Positions 31,399 through 41,630 of a stretch of 64,000 nucleotides of DNA are shown piece by piece. The notes below the pieces were generated by a model that made no database searches, was not told the origin of the DNA, and saw only the letters and a list, made by a program, of their open reading frames with translations. Positions within the stretch are counted from its first letter, which is position 1. Each line of letters begins with the position of its first letter. The stretch is taken from NCBI GenBank assembly GCA_944391055.1, contig CALXSF010000004.1, positions 97,374-161,373 on the forward strand, read 5' to 3'. The stretch is from an uncultured Kiritimatiellota bacterium. Its GTDB lineage: Bacteria; Verrucomicrobiota; Kiritimatiellia; RFP12; DVOR01. The translations under genes were made by a program, and so were the position numbers.

Positions 31399-33156
31399 AT
31401 GACCCCCTACCAACCCCCTCAGGGCCGCACGGGCGCGCAGTGCGTCGTCGACGGCCTGCTCAACAACGGCTGCGAGGTCGTCTTCGGCTATCCGGGCGGC
31501 CAGGCCATCGATATGTTCGACAAGCTCTACGGCTCGCCCCTGCGCCTGGTGCTGCCGCGCCACGAGCAGGGCGGCATCCACATGGCCGACGGTTACGCGC
31601 GCGCCACCGGCCGCGTGGGCTGCGCCATCGTCACCTCCGGCCCCGGCGCCACCAACACCGTCACCGGCCTGGCGACGGCGATGATGGACGGCGTGCCGCT
31701 GGTGGTGATCGCCGGGCAGGTGAGTCTGGGCCTCATCGGCACGGACGCCTTCCAGGAGGCCGACAACACGGGCATCACCCGCAGCGTCACCAAGCATAAC
31801 TACCTGGTGCGTTCGGTGGACGAGCTGCCGCGCGTAATCGCCGAGGCCTTCTTCATCGCCTCCACCGGCAAGCCCGGCCCCGTGCTCATCGACATCCCCA
31901 AGAACGTCCAGCAGGCCATCACCTTCCAGCCCGACGTGCAGGACGTGGCCATCCGCGCCTACCACCCCACCATCCAGCCGCCCCCCGCGCAGGTGGCGCG
32001 CCTGGCCGACGCCATCAACAAGGCGCACCGCCCCGTGCTCTACGTCGGCGGCGGGGCGGTCATCTCCGGCTCCTGCCCCCTCGTCAAGGCGCTGGCCGAG
32101 GGTTTCGACATCCCCGTCTGCACCACGCTCATGGGCCTGGGCGCCTTCCCCGAGACCTCGCCCCTCGCGCTCTGGATGGTGGGCATGCACGGCTCCGTGG
32201 CCGCCAACAACGCCATCCAGCAGGCCGACCTCGTCATCGGCGCCGGCGCGCGCTACGACGACCGCGTCACCGGCCGCATCGCCGACTTCGCCCAGGGTGC
32301 CAAGATCGCCCACATCGACGTCGACGCCTCGGCCATCGGCAAGAACGTCCACACCCAGATTCCCGTCTGCGGCGACCTCCGGCAGACGCTCGAGATGCTC
32401 CTGCCCCAGCTCGTCAAGGCCGACCGTTCCGACTGGCTGGCGCAGATCGCCAAGTGGCGCGAGGCCAAGCCCGCCACCTATCACCCGCGCGAGGACGGCA
32501 AACTCCAGCCCCAGGCCGTGATCGAGGCGATCGACCGCTCCGCCCGCGCCACCGGCCGGCCCGTGGTGCTCGCCACCGACGTCGGGCAGAACCAGATGTG
32601 GGCCGCCCAGTTCTTCCGCCACACCGAGCCGCGCGGGTTCATCACCTCCGGCGGGATGGGCACGATGGGCTTCGGCGTGCCCAGCGCCATCGGCGCGCAG
32701 CTCGGCCGGCCCGACGCGCTCGTCGTCTCCGTGAACGGCGACGGCGGCTTCCAGATGAACATCCAGGAGCTGGTGGTGGCCGTCGAGCACCGCCTGCCCG
32801 TCAAGTTCATCATCCTCAACAACTACCGCCTCGGCATGGTGCGCCAGTGGCAGGATCTCTTCTACGGCGGGCGCCACTCGGCCACCATCCTCTCCCAGGA
32901 CGGCCGCCCCGACAACGAGCGCATCGTCGCCGACGAGCCCCGCTACCTCCCCGACTTCGTGGGCGTGGCGCAGGCCTACGGCCTCAAGGCCGCGCGCGCC
33001 ACGACCCTCGCCGAGACCGAGGCCATCCTCGCCGAGGCCTTCGCCGACCCCAACCCGTGGGTCATCGAGTGCATCGTGGCCGAGGACGAGAACGTCCTGC
33101 CCATGGTCGCCCCCGGCGCCGCCCTCTCCGAGATGATCCTGGACCGCGACAACTAA
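31399..33156 (+). CDS. ilvB: acetolactate synthase large subunit
   Basis: ThDP enzyme; GYPGGQAIDMFDKLY...HEQGGIHMADGYAR... Confidence 0.9.
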   Translation: MTPYQPPQGRTGAQCVVDGLLNNGCEVVFGYPGGQAIDMFDKLYGSPLRLVLPRHEQGGIHMADGYARATGRVGCAIVTSGPGATNTVTGLATAMMDGVPLVVIAGQVSLGLIGTDAFQEADNTGITRSVTKHNYLVRSVDELPRVIAEAFFIASTGKPGPVLIDIPKNVQQAITFQPDVQDVAIRAYHPTIQPPPAQVARLADAINKAHRPVLYVGGGAVISGSCPLVKALAEGFDIPVCTTLMGLGAFPETSPLALWMVGMHGSVAANNAIQQADLVIGAGARYDDRVTGRIADFAQGAKIAHIDVDASAIGKNVHTQIPVCGDLRQTLEMLLPQLVKADRSDWLAQIAKWREAKPATYHPREDGKLQPQAVIEAIDRSARATGRPVVLATDVGQNQMWAAQFFRHTEPRGFITSGGMGTMGFGVPSAIGAQLGRPDALVVSVNGDGGFQMNIQELVVAVEHRLPVKFIILNNYRLGMVRQWQDLFYGGRHSATILSQDGRPDNERIVADEPRYLPDFVGVAQAYGLKAARATTLAETEAILAEAFADPNPWVIECIVAEDENVLPMVAPGAALSEMILDRDN

Positions 33157-33166
33157 GGAGCCCGCC

Positions 33167-33643
33167 ATGCAGAAGCACATCCTCAACGTCCTGGTCGAGA
33201 ACCGCCCCGGCGTGCTCGCCCGCATCGTCGGCCTCATCACCGGGCGCGGCTACAACATCGAGACCCTCAACGTCGGCCCCTCCAACGACCCCACCATCTC
33301 CAAGATGACCATCGTCATCCCCGGGGACGAGACCGTCATCGCCCAGGTCGTCGCCCAGCTGGCCAAGCAGATCAACGTCTTCCGCGTGGACGACGTGACC
33401 GCCCGGCCGCACATCGACCGCGAGGCCATCCTCCTCAAGGTCAGCACCCGCGCCACCGGCCGCGCCCCCATCATCGAGGTGGCCATGCTCTTCGGCGCCA
33501 AGGTCGTCGGCGTCCAGCCCGACGCCCTCACCATCCAGATGCTCGGCTCGCAAATGCAGGTGGAGCAATTCCTCACGCTCGTGCGCCCCTTCGACGTGCT
33601 CGACATCTCCCGCTCCGGCTCCGTCGCCATGATTCAGGAGTAA
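33167..33643 (+). CDS. ilvH: acetolactate synthase small (regulatory) subunit
   Basis: ACT domain HILNVLVENRPGVLARIVGLITGRGYNIETLNVG; AAGGAG RBS upstream. Confidence 0.9.
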   Translation: MQKHILNVLVENRPGVLARIVGLITGRGYNIETLNVGPSNDPTISKMTIVIPGDETVIAQVVAQLAKQINVFRVDDVTARPHIDREAILLKVSTRATGRAPIIEVAMLFGAKVVGVQPDALTIQMLGSQMQVEQFLTLVRPFDVLDISRSGSVAMIQE

Positions 33644-33646
33644 GCC

Positions 33647-34477
33647 ATGCAGCGCTTCGCCGTCCTCGGCCACCCCATCAACCACAGCTTCTCGCCCGTC
33701 ATGCACATGGCGAGCTTCCGGAGCCTCGGCTTCGACGGCGAATACGTGCGCCTGGACGTGCCCCCCGAAATGCTCGGCGACGCGCTCAAGGCCTTGGCCG
33801 ACGAAGGCTTCTCCGGCGTCAACCTCACCATCCCCCACAAAATGCTCGCCCTCCCGATGATGGACGCGCTCACCCCCGAGGCCCAACGCCTCGGCGCCGT
33901 GAACACCGTCCGCTTCGAGGCGGACGGCACGCGCTCCGGCCACAACACCGACGGCCCCGGCTTCCTCGCCGCCGCCAAGGCCACGCTCGGCTTCGAGCCC
34001 GCGGGCCAGACCGTCGCCGTCGTCGGGTGCGGCGGCGCGGGCCGCGCCGTCGCCATCACCCTCGCCCACGCCGGCGCCAAGGTCGGCCTCCTGGACATCG
34101 ACCGGGGCCGCGCCGAGGCGCTCGCCGAGGAAATCCGCGCCACGGGCCGCGAGGCCGCCCCCATCGGCCGCGGGCAGATCCGCGACGCCGCCCTCATCGC
34201 CCAATGCTCCCCCAGCGGCCTGGCGATTTTCCCCGAACCCGCCGTCCGCGCCGACGAGATGCGCCCCGGGCAATGCCTCTACGACATCGTCATCCCCCCC
34301 GGCGACCCGACCACGCCCACCATGCGGGAGGCCCAAACGCTCGGCATCCCCTGCGCCAACGGCGTGCGGATGCTCGTCGAGCAAGGCGCCCTCTCCTTCA
34401 CTTACTGGACGGGGCTGGAGGCCGACCGCGCCGCCATGCTCCGCGCCGTCGAGGAAGGCGTCTCCGGCCATGAATGA
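33647..34477 (+). CDS. aroE: shikimate dehydrogenase
   Basis: FAVLGHPINHSFSPVMH...NLTIPHK...GCGGAGRAV. Confidence 0.85.
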   Translation: MQRFAVLGHPINHSFSPVMHMASFRSLGFDGEYVRLDVPPEMLGDALKALADEGFSGVNLTIPHKMLALPMMDALTPEAQRLGAVNTVRFEADGTRSGHNTDGPGFLAAAKATLGFEPAGQTVAVVGCGGAGRAVAITLAHAGAKVGLLDIDRGRAEALAEEIRATGREAAPIGRGQIRDAALIAQCSPSGLAIFPEPAVRADEMRPGQCLYDIVIPPGDPTTPTMREAQTLGIPCANGVRMLVEQGALSFTYWTGLEADRAAMLRAVEEGVSGHE

Positions 34478-35522
34478 GTGGCTCATCGCCCTGAGCGAGG
34501 AAGACGCCACCTTCCTGGCGCGCGTCGCCCTCGCCTTCGTCGTCTGCCTCGGCGCCGTCATCGGCAGCTTCCTCAACGTCTGCATCTACCGCATCCCACT
34601 CGGGCAATCGGTGAGCCGCCCCCGCTCGCACTGCTTCGCCTGCGGCAAGACGATCCCCTGGTACCTCAACATCCCCATCCTCTCCTGGTTCCTCCTCCGC
34701 GGGCGCTGCGCCAACTGCAAGAGCCCCATCTCCTTCCGCTACCCCCTCGTCGAGGCCCTCACCGCGCTCCTCTTCCTCCTCGTCTTCCTCATGTGGGGCA
34801 ACCCAAGGCTCCTCGCCCTCAACCCCCTCCAAGCCCCCGAGCTCATCCCCTTCCTCTGGCTCTTCGTCGCCTCCACCGTCGTCAATGTCATGATCGACAT
34901 CGACCACCGCATCCTCCTCGACCGCATCTCCCTCGGCGGCACCCTCCTTGCCCTCGCCGTCTCCGCCGCCTTCCCCATCCTCCACGGCGCCATGCTTTGG
35001 AGCCAAGGGCTCACCGCCTCGCTGATCGGCGGCGCCGCCGGCTTCGGCCTCGGCTTCGCCATCGCCTGGCTCGGCGAACGCATCTTCCTGCAAGACGCCT
35101 TTGGCTTCGGCGACGTCAAGTGGCTCATGCTCTTCGGCGCGCTCTTCGGCTGGCGCGGGATGCTCTTTGTCCTGATGCTCGCGGCCTTCCTGGGGCTGCT
35201 CATGGGGCTGGGCGCGGCGCTGGCCCGCCGCCTCCGCCGCGCCCCCGCCGAGGAAGGCCCCCTCGCCATCCCCTTCGGCCCCGCCCTCGGCGCCGGCGCG
35301 CTCCTCTGGCTCTTCTGGGGCCGCTGGGTCCTCCGCGCCCTCGAGGCCCTCCAAGCCTGGGCCCTCGACCACCGGCAAGCCGTCCTCCTCACCCTCGTCC
35401 CCCTCCTTGCCCTCGCATCAATCTGGCTCCTCATCCGCATCCGCGCCATCCGCCGCGCCGCCCTCGAGGAAGGCCTCGAACCCCTCCCCGACGGCGACGC
35501 CCCCGACCCCGAACGCCCATGA
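34470..35522 (+). CDS. pilD: prepilin peptidase (A24 family) with an extended C-terminal region
   Basis: Zinc-finger CFACGKTIPWYLNIP...CANCKS and the DxxxxRI catalytic region. About 100 aa longer than is typical. Confidence 0.85.
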   Translation: MNEWLIALSEEDATFLARVALAFVVCLGAVIGSFLNVCIYRIPLGQSVSRPRSHCFACGKTIPWYLNIPILSWFLLRGRCANCKSPISFRYPLVEALTALLFLLVFLMWGNPRLLALNPLQAPELIPFLWLFVASTVVNVMIDIDHRILLDRISLGGTLLALAVSAAFPILHGAMLWSQGLTASLIGGAAGFGLGFAIAWLGERIFLQDAFGFGDVKWLMLFGALFGWRGMLFVLMLAAFLGLLMGLGAALARRLRRAPAEEGPLAIPFGPALGAGALLWLFWGRWVLRALEALQAWALDHRQAVLLTLVPLLALASIWLLIRIRAIRRAALEEGLEPLPDGDAPDPERP

Positions 35523-35872
35523 CCGACACCATCCTCCTCGAAGGCCTCCGCGTCGAATGCATCGTCGGCGACCTTCCCCACGAGCGCACCTTCCCCCAAG
35601 AGCTCTTCCTTGACATCGAGCTCGGGTGCGACACCCTCCCCGCCACCCAGACCGACGCCCTCGCCGACACCGTCGACTACGTCGCCGTCGCCCAATCCGT
35701 CCGCGAGACCCTCATCGCCGCCCGCTGCCGCATGGTCGAGCGCGCCGCCCAGCTCGCCGCCGACGCCTGCCTCGCCGCCGACCCGCGCGTCCGCGACGTC
35801 CGCGTCACCCTCCGCAAGCCCCACGCCCTCCCCGGCGTCGTCGCCGGCGTCCGCCTCCGCCGCGCCCGCTGA
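35519..35872 (+). CDS. folB: dihydroneopterin aldolase
   Basis: ILLEGLRVECIVGDLPHERTFPQELFLDIEL...; ATGA overlap with pilD. Confidence 0.75.
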   Translation: MTDTILLEGLRVECIVGDLPHERTFPQELFLDIELGCDTLPATQTDALADTVDYVAVAQSVRETLIAARCRMVERAAQLAADACLAADPRVRDVRVTLRKPHALPGVVAGVRLRRAR

Positions 35873-36030
35873 CCCCACCCCGCACGCCTTCGACTTTGGA
35901 GCACCGTGCCTTGGCGTGCGTGCTGGCGTAGGCAGGGGGCGGGACGGCGGGAAGAGAAATTGCGCGGCGGGCGGCGTTTGGGGTATCCTAAAAGACGTAT
36001 AAAGCAGTCGGCAAAAAGGAGGAACGGGAC

Positions 36031-36618
36031 ATGATTGCCAGGATTTTCCGCTTAGGGACGCTCGGCGCGCTGGCGCTCGCCTCCGCGGCATGGTCGGGTT
36101 GCGCGGCCTCGCGCCCCGAGACGCCCGCGCCAAACCATCTGGCCGCGGACCCGCTGGCCGCGTGGCTGGAGGCGGCCGAGCGCCCAAGCCCCGTGGTCTG
36201 CTCCGTCAAGGCCGCCGACGCGCCGGAGGCCGTGGCGCGCTTCGAGGCCATCTCGGCGCGCGTGGCCGCGCTCTACGGCGCCGTCTACGAGGCGGCGGCG
36301 GAGGCCGCCCCCCTGCCGGGCGCCGCGCACGCCGGGGAGACGCAGGGCGAGTGGAAGGCCGCGGCCCAGGCCGCCGTCACCGCCCGCTACCAGGCCACGA
36401 TGGCCGAGATCGCCGCCGTGCGCCGGGAGCTCGACGCCTACACCGAGACGCTGCGCGTGGATGACTCCATCTCCAACATCACCGAAAGCCTCCGCCACAC
36501 CCGCATCCTCACCGCCTTCGGCAACGACTCCACGCGCCTGGACGCCCAGCTCCGCGCCGCCGAGCGCGGGGCCGCCCTCATGCTCCGCGAGGGCCTCGCC
36601 GCAACCTCCGCCCGATGA
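36031..36618 (+). CDS. hypothetical lipoprotein
   Basis: Lipobox LALASAAWSGC; AAGGAGG RBS upstream. No recognisable domain. Confidence 0.45.
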   Translation: MIARIFRLGTLGALALASAAWSGCAASRPETPAPNHLAADPLAAWLEAAERPSPVVCSVKAADAPEAVARFEAISARVAALYGAVYEAAAEAAPLPGAAHAGETQGEWKAAAQAAVTARYQATMAEIAAVRRELDAYTETLRVDDSISNITESLRHTRILTAFGNDSTRLDAQLRAAERGAALMLREGLAATSAR

Positions 36619-37808
36619 GCCGACCGTCTATGCCGAAAGCCACCATCGCCCTCTACAAGGATTTCCTCAGAACCGGCCGCGGGGCCGACCGCGCGACGGC
36701 GGCCTTGGCCAACGCCCTCGCCGCCCGCGGCTATGACGTGCGCGTCATCACCCAGCAAGGCGCCCGCGAGCCACTCTCCGTCACCTTCGCGCCGGGGGTG
36801 ACGTGCCACCGCGTGCGCCCGGTGAGCCTGCGCTCGGTGGCGGCCTTCGTGAACAAACTGCTGCTGCGCACGCGCCTGGGCGCGCGGATCCTGCGGCTTT
36901 TCCCGGCGCTGGATCTGATGCGGCGCACGTCGCGGCGCGTGCAGGCCGTCCTGGCCGCCATCCGCCCCGACCTCATCCTCTCCTCGGGCAGCAACGAGTG
37001 CGTGGAGCTGACCTACGCGGGCCCTCTGCCGGCGCCCTTCGTCCAGCTCTTCCACGTCTACCCGCCCACCTGCTTCGCCTCCAACAAGTACCGCCGGGCC
37101 GACCGTTTCCGCGCGGCGCTGCCCTTGGCGGCGGAGTGCCAGGTGCTCCTGCCGGCCTTCCGCGACCTGCTGCGCCCCTACACCCAGGCCCCCGTGGCCG
37201 CCATCGGCAACGCCATCGACTGGCCCGCCGACGAGCCCCTCCCCGACCCCGCCGGCCGCGAGAAGACCATCGTCTACGTGGCTTACTTCACCAAGGACAA
37301 AAACCACCTCCAGCTCATCGAGGCCTTCGCCCGCCTCCGCCGCGCCGAGGATTGGACGCTCTGCCTCTACGGCTCCGGAAGGCCCGAGTGGGAGCGCCGC
37401 CTGCGCGCCAAGGCCCAGGCCGAGGGCGTGGCCGGGCGCGTGCGCTTCTTCGGGGTGACCCGCACGCCGCGCCCCATCCTCCTGCGCGCCGGGATCTGCG
37501 CCTATCCCTCGCGCGTCGAGGGGTTCGGGCTGGCTTTGGCCGAGGCCATGTGGTGCGGGCTGCCGTGCGTGGGCTTTGCCGACGCGCCGGGCGTCAGCGG
37601 ACTTCTCGCGCACGAGGCCAACGGCCTCCTCGCCGCCCCCGGCCCCGAGGCCTTCGCCGGCCAGCTCCAGCGGTTGGTCGACGACCCCGCACTCCGCGCG
37701 CGCCTCGGCGCCCACGCCGCCCAAACCGTCCGCCACGCCTACGCACCCGCCCGCATCTGGCAGCAGTGGGAAGACCTCCTGGCCCGCCACCTCGCGCCCC
37801 ACGCGTGA
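36615..37808 (+). CDS. glycosyltransferase family 1
   Basis: GT-B fold; C-terminal EGFGLALAEAMWCGLPCV. Confidence 0.8.
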   Translation: MSRPSMPKATIALYKDFLRTGRGADRATAALANALAARGYDVRVITQQGAREPLSVTFAPGVTCHRVRPVSLRSVAAFVNKLLLRTRLGARILRLFPALDLMRRTSRRVQAVLAAIRPDLILSSGSNECVELTYAGPLPAPFVQLFHVYPPTCFASNKYRRADRFRAALPLAAECQVLLPAFRDLLRPYTQAPVAAIGNAIDWPADEPLPDPAGREKTIVYVAYFTKDKNHLQLIEAFARLRRAEDWTLCLYGSGRPEWERRLRAKAQAEGVAGRVRFFGVTRTPRPILLRAGICAYPSRVEGFGLALAEAMWCGLPCVGFADAPGVSGLLAHEANGLLAAPGPEAFAGQLQRLVDDPALRARLGAHAAQTVRHAYAPARIWQQWEDLLARHLAPHA

Positions 37809-37809
37809 C

Positions 37810-39141
37810 CTAGGGGGCCCACTCCAGCGCCCGCGCGGCGGCGAGCGTGGGGGCGCGGCGGATGCGCACCGGCGCATCCGGCGAGACGGGGCGCACGTGA
37901 TCCACCCATTCCTCCGAGAAGCGCCGCCCCAGCAGATGGACGTCGGTGGGCGAGGGATAGGGCACGTAACCGTGGATGTCGGTGCAATGGTAATCCACGT
38001 CGCCCACCAACACCACCTCATGGCGGCGCTCGCCGCCGACGTAGACGTTGCCGATGGCCAGCGTGTGGCGTCCCGAAGGATTGTGAAGGATGACCCGCTG
38101 GGGCCCCGCGGCCTCGCCCATGAAGCTGAAACTGCCGCACCAGACCACGCCGCCTGGGTTGTCGGGCAGGGCGATCTCCGTCACCCGCTCCGTCAGCATC
38201 ACCGTGGCATAGACGGTCTTGGCCTTGAAGGCGGCGTGCTCCTTGACGTAGAAGCCCGTGCGCGAGAAGGTCCACCCCCGCAGGCGCGCCCAGTCGCAGA
38301 CCGGCTCCCACCCCAGCGCCACCCCCACCACGGCCCACGGCAGCAGCCAGCGGCCCAACGCCTCCAACCAGGGCCTCCTGGCCCCGCGGCAGATGGCCGC
38401 GCCGAGGGCCCGGGGCGTGGGCAGGCGCAGCGCGGGGTCGGCCACCAAGGCCCGCGCCATCACCCGCCGCCACAGGGGGTGGGCCTGCCAATCGGGCAGC
38501 AGGTCGCGCACGAGCATGGCGATGGCGTAGACATCCGCCGCCGCGGAGAGGGGCGCGCCCTCGAACTGCTCCGGGGCGGAGCGCCCCAGCGTCCCCAGCC
38601 CCGCCGGCGCGCCCGCGAGGGTCGGGTTGGGCAGCGTGCCCATCGCGTCGGCAGCCTCCGCGGTCAGGGCCTTGGCCACGCCGAAATCGACCAGCACGGC
38701 ATGGCCGCCGCGGAGCATGACGTTCGAGCGCTTGATGTCGCGGTGCAGGACGCCATGCCGGTGGAGCTCCTCGGCCGCGTCGCAGAGCTGCAAGGCCCAC
38801 CGGCGCACCGTCGGCTCCGGCGCGGCCTCGGGCAAAGGCTCCAACACCTCCATCGCGAACCACGGCGTCGCGCCGCGCTCGCCGTGGGCGAAGACCCGCA
38901 CGATGCCGGGGTGGCTCAGCCCCGCCAGCAGACGCGCCTCGCGCAGGAAGCGCACCCGCGCGCCGGGCTCCCCCGCGCGCAGCGCCTTCACCGCCGCCAG
39001 GCGCCCATCCTCCCCGCGCGCGCACCAGACCTCCGCCGAGGCCCCCACCCCGAGCAGACCGGTGACGGCAAAGCCGCCCACACGGTCGCCCACCTTGAAG
39101 AGACGCCCCTCCGGGACCAGATCCGCCCAATCCTCCCGCAT
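37810..39141 (-). CDS. Ser/Thr protein kinase with an uncharacterised ~170-aa C-terminal domain
   Basis: VAIK-like AAVKAL, then HRDIKRSNVML, DFGVAKA and APE. The C-terminal half has no recognisable motif. Confidence 0.85.
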   Translation of the reverse strand: MREDWADLVPEGRLFKVGDRVGGFAVTGLLGVGASAEVWCARGEDGRLAAVKALRAGEPGARVRFLREARLLAGLSHPGIVRVFAHGERGATPWFAMEVLEPLPEAAPEPTVRRWALQLCDAAEELHRHGVLHRDIKRSNVMLRGGHAVLVDFGVAKALTAEAADAMGTLPNPTLAGAPAGLGTLGRSAPEQFEGAPLSAAADVYAIAMLVRDLLPDWQAHPLWRRVMARALVADPALRLPTPRALGAAICRGARRPWLEALGRWLLPWAVVGVALGWEPVCDWARLRGWTFSRTGFYVKEHAAFKAKTVYATVMLTERVTEIALPDNPGGVVWCGSFSFMGEAAGPQRVILHNPSGRHTLAIGNVYVGGERRHEVVLVGDVDYHCTDIHGYVPYPSPTDVHLLGRRFSEEWVDHVRPVSPDAPVRIRRAPTLAAARALEWAP

Positions 39142-39144
39142 GGC

Positions 39145-39630
39145 TCACCCCCGGCGCGCCACGTCGGCGAAGGCCGCGGGCACGAGCGCCACCAACGCGC
39201 GCGGCGCCACCTCCACGTTCAGCCCGATCAGCCCCGCGCTCACGAAGATGCGCGGCAACGCCTCCGCCGAGGCGTCGACGAACGTGGGCAGGCGGCGCTT
39301 CATCCCCAGCGGCGAGCACCCCCCGTGGCGATAACCCGTCAGCGGGAAGAGCTTGGCCTGCGGCAGCATCGTCAGCGCCCGCACCCCGGCCGCCCGCGCC
39401 GCCTTCTTCAGATCCAGCGTCCCGTCGGCCGGCACGGCGAAGACGAAGGCCTCGTGGCGCTCCGTCTCCGTGACGAGCGTCTTGAAGACGTGCGCCGCCG
39501 GCACGCCCAGCTGCGCGGCGATCTCCGCCGCCTCCGCCCGCCCCTCGCGCCCGTCGAAGGCGTGCGCGGCGTAAGGCACGCCCGCCGCCTCCAAGAGGCG
39601 CTCCACGTTGGTCTTCCTGCCGGTTTTCAT
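39145..39630 (-). CDS. ybaK: YbaK/ProX-type aminoacyl-tRNA deacylase (Cys-tRNA(Pro) deacylase-like)
   Basis: TGYRHGGCSPLGMK motif; about 160 aa. Confidence 0.75.
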   Translation of the reverse strand: MKTGRKTNVERLLEAAGVPYAAHAFDGREGRAEAAEIAAQLGVPAAHVFKTLVTETERHEAFVFAVPADGTLDLKKAARAAGVRALTMLPQAKLFPLTGYRHGGCSPLGMKRRLPTFVDASAEALPRIFVSAGLIGLNVEVAPRALVALVPAAFADVARRG

Positions 39631-39672
39631 GCCCCCATTCTACCAAACCGCCCCCGCGCCGCGGGGCGGGTG

Positions 39673-39681
39673 TGCTATAAT
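39673..39681 (+). promoter_or_regulatory. extended -10 box TGcTATAAT with ATG codons at 39680 and 39689, the latter a leaderless start
   Basis: Direct read. Confidence 0.45.
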
Positions 39682-39688
39682 GGCGGCC

Positions 39689-40318
39689 ATGGAGCGGATC
39701 GGACAGCCGGTGGGCGGGGACAGCCTCGCCATCATCGCCAACGGCGCGCCGCCTGAGCGCGCCGGCGAGCGGGCGGCCTTGGCGGCGTGCGCGGCGTGCG
39801 TGTGCTGCGACCGTCTGCCGCCGCCGGGGGCGCCGCCGCTGTTGCAGGTGGTGGGGGACTGCGACACGCTCCGCCCGCCGCTCCCCCCCGCCCATCTGCT
39901 CACGCGCGACGCGGATCAGGAGACCAACGACCTCACCAAGGCGATGCGGTGGTGCCGCGCCCACGCGCCGGGGAGGCCTTTGGCCTTCTTCGCGGTGGCG
40001 GGTGGGCGGCTGGACCACACGTTGGCGAACCTCGCCCTCATCGCGGAGGGGCCGGCCCCGGCGCGGGTCTACGCCAACGACGGAGCCTTCGCGCTGCTCC
40101 CGGCGGGGAGGCACGCGCTGGGGGTGGAGGCGGGGGTGCCGCTGTCGCTGCTTTCGTTCGCGCCCCAGCGCGTCACCGCGCGGGGGGTGGCGTGGCCGGT
40201 GGAGGATCTGCCGCTGCGGGCGCTGTGGCGGGCCACGCTGAACCGCGCCACGGGGCCTGTGCTGGAGGTTGACTGCCAGGCGCCGCTTTTCGTCTACCAA
40301 CCTTGGAGCGTCCCATGA
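39689..40318 (+). CDS. thiamine pyrophosphokinase
   Basis: ...ETNDLTKAMRW...VAGGRLDHTLANLAL... are TPK catalytic motifs. An alternative ATG lies at 39680. Confidence 0.7.
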   Translation: MERIGQPVGGDSLAIIANGAPPERAGERAALAACAACVCCDRLPPPGAPPLLQVVGDCDTLRPPLPPAHLLTRDADQETNDLTKAMRWCRAHAPGRPLAFFAVAGGRLDHTLANLALIAEGPAPARVYANDGAFALLPAGRHALGVEAGVPLSLLSFAPQRVTARGVAWPVEDLPLRALWRATLNRATGPVLEVDCQAPLFVYQPWSVP

Positions 40319-40821
40319 AACGCCGTCTCATCCTTTCGTTCGCGCTGTGCGCGCTGTGCGCGTGTGCGGCCTGCTCGCCGTATTGGTACAAGAAGCCCGA
40401 CCGCTTCGTGGTGCAGAGCTCGCGGCTGAACTGGGCGCAGATTTTCTACCAGGCCTCCGAGAACGCGCCGCGCGTCCGCTGCGACCTGCGGGACAACGGG
40501 CAGATCACCATCCTGGAGGGAAAGTCGGTGACGGTGGGCGACGACTTCAACATCGAGTACCACAAGCCGGACTTCGGCGACGTGCGGAAGTATTATTACC
40601 AGATGGACGCGGAGTTCTTCCGCGAGACGCTCCAGCTGCTGGTGGACACCGGCCTGATGGATGAGGAGGAGATCGGGGAGGAGGACCCCGTCTACCCCAA
40701 GGTGATGGTGCGGGGCAACATCAACCACCACGTCTTCGAGAAGTTCACGGTGGATCCCGACCTGATCGCGGAGATCCGCGCGCAGCTCTTCCAGTTCAAG
40801 ATGCAGGGCCAGCTGCGCTGA
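40303..40821 (+). CDS. hypothetical lipoprotein
   Basis: Lipobox ALCALCACAAC. No recognisable domain. Confidence 0.45.
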   Translation: MERPMKRRLILSFALCALCACAACSPYWYKKPDRFVVQSSRLNWAQIFYQASENAPRVRCDLRDNGQITILEGKSVTVGDDFNIEYHKPDFGDVRKYYYQMDAEFFRETLQLLVDTGLMDEEEIGEEDPVYPKVMVRGNINHHVFEKFTVDPDLIAEIRAQLFQFKMQGQLR

Positions 40822-40840
40822 GCGCGCGGCGGGACGAAAA

Positions 40841-40880
40841 AGCCGCCCTCGCCTTCGCGGCGGGGCGGCTTCCGTTTTTG
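40841..40880. terminator. bidirectional rho-independent terminator
   Basis: aaaaaGCCGCCCtcgccttcgcggcGGGGCGGCttccgttttt. Confidence 0.55.
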
Positions 40881-40887
40881 GGCGGAC

Positions 40888-41547
40888 TCAGCGGGCGGGC
40901 GCGGCCTTGGCGGCGGCGCGGATCTCCCCCATGAGCGCGTCGGGGTCGCCATAGGTGCGGGCGAGCCAGGCGGCGCCGTCCTCGCCCCGCCGGCAGACGG
41001 CGTTGAGGGGATGGAGGAGGGCGCGGGCGTCGCCGTTATGACGGGTGCGGACGAGGTGGTCGAGGAGGAGGGCGGCGTCGGCGTAGCCCCTGCGGTGGTC
41101 GGCGGCGGCGGGGTCGGCGCGGCGGGCGGGCTCGGGGAGGAGGAGGTAGTAGCGGAGGTAGTCGGTGATGCCCTCGACGAGCCAGGCGGGCGTGGTGCCG
41201 GAGGGGTAGGCTTGGACGACGTGGGTGAGCTCGTGGACGAACATCCCGGCGTCGTCGGGATGGCGGCGGAGGTGGTGGCCGCTGAGGGTGATGGCGCGGC
41301 CGAGGGTGACGCCGGGGGCGGCGTCGGCGGCCTCGGTGACATGGAGCGTGATGGGCACGGCGTAGTCGAAGGGCGCGCCGAGGGCGTCGGCGATACGGGG
41401 GAGGTAGAGTGTGGCGAGGCCGGCGAGGATGGCCTTGCGCCCGACGCTGACCTCGGGGCCGAAGTCGAGCGCGACGGGCGCGCCGGCGAAGGTCTCGGCA
41501 AGGAGGAGGCTCGGGGCGAGGAGAAGCGCGGGCAGGAGGGTACGCAT
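40888..41547 (-). CDS. secreted HExxH-motif protein (putative zinc metallopeptidase, resembles the basic-secretory-protein-like family)
   Basis: Signal peptide MRTLLPALLLAPSLLLA, then FVHELTHVV...EGITDY. Confidence 0.5.
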   Translation of the reverse strand: MRTLLPALLLAPSLLLAETFAGAPVALDFGPEVSVGRKAILAGLATLYLPRIADALGAPFDYAVPITLHVTEAADAAPGVTLGRAITLSGHHLRRHPDDAGMFVHELTHVVQAYPSGTTPAWLVEGITDYLRYYLLLPEPARRADPAAADHRRGYADAALLLDHLVRTRHNGDARALLHPLNAVCRRGEDGAAWLARTYGDPDALMGEIRAAAKAAPAR

Positions 41548-41630
41548 GGGCGGGGCCTTTCGTGAGGGACGAGGGACAAGAAAACGCCTCCCCGGCGCGA
41601 GGCGCGGGGAGGCGTCGGGACGGGCTCGGC

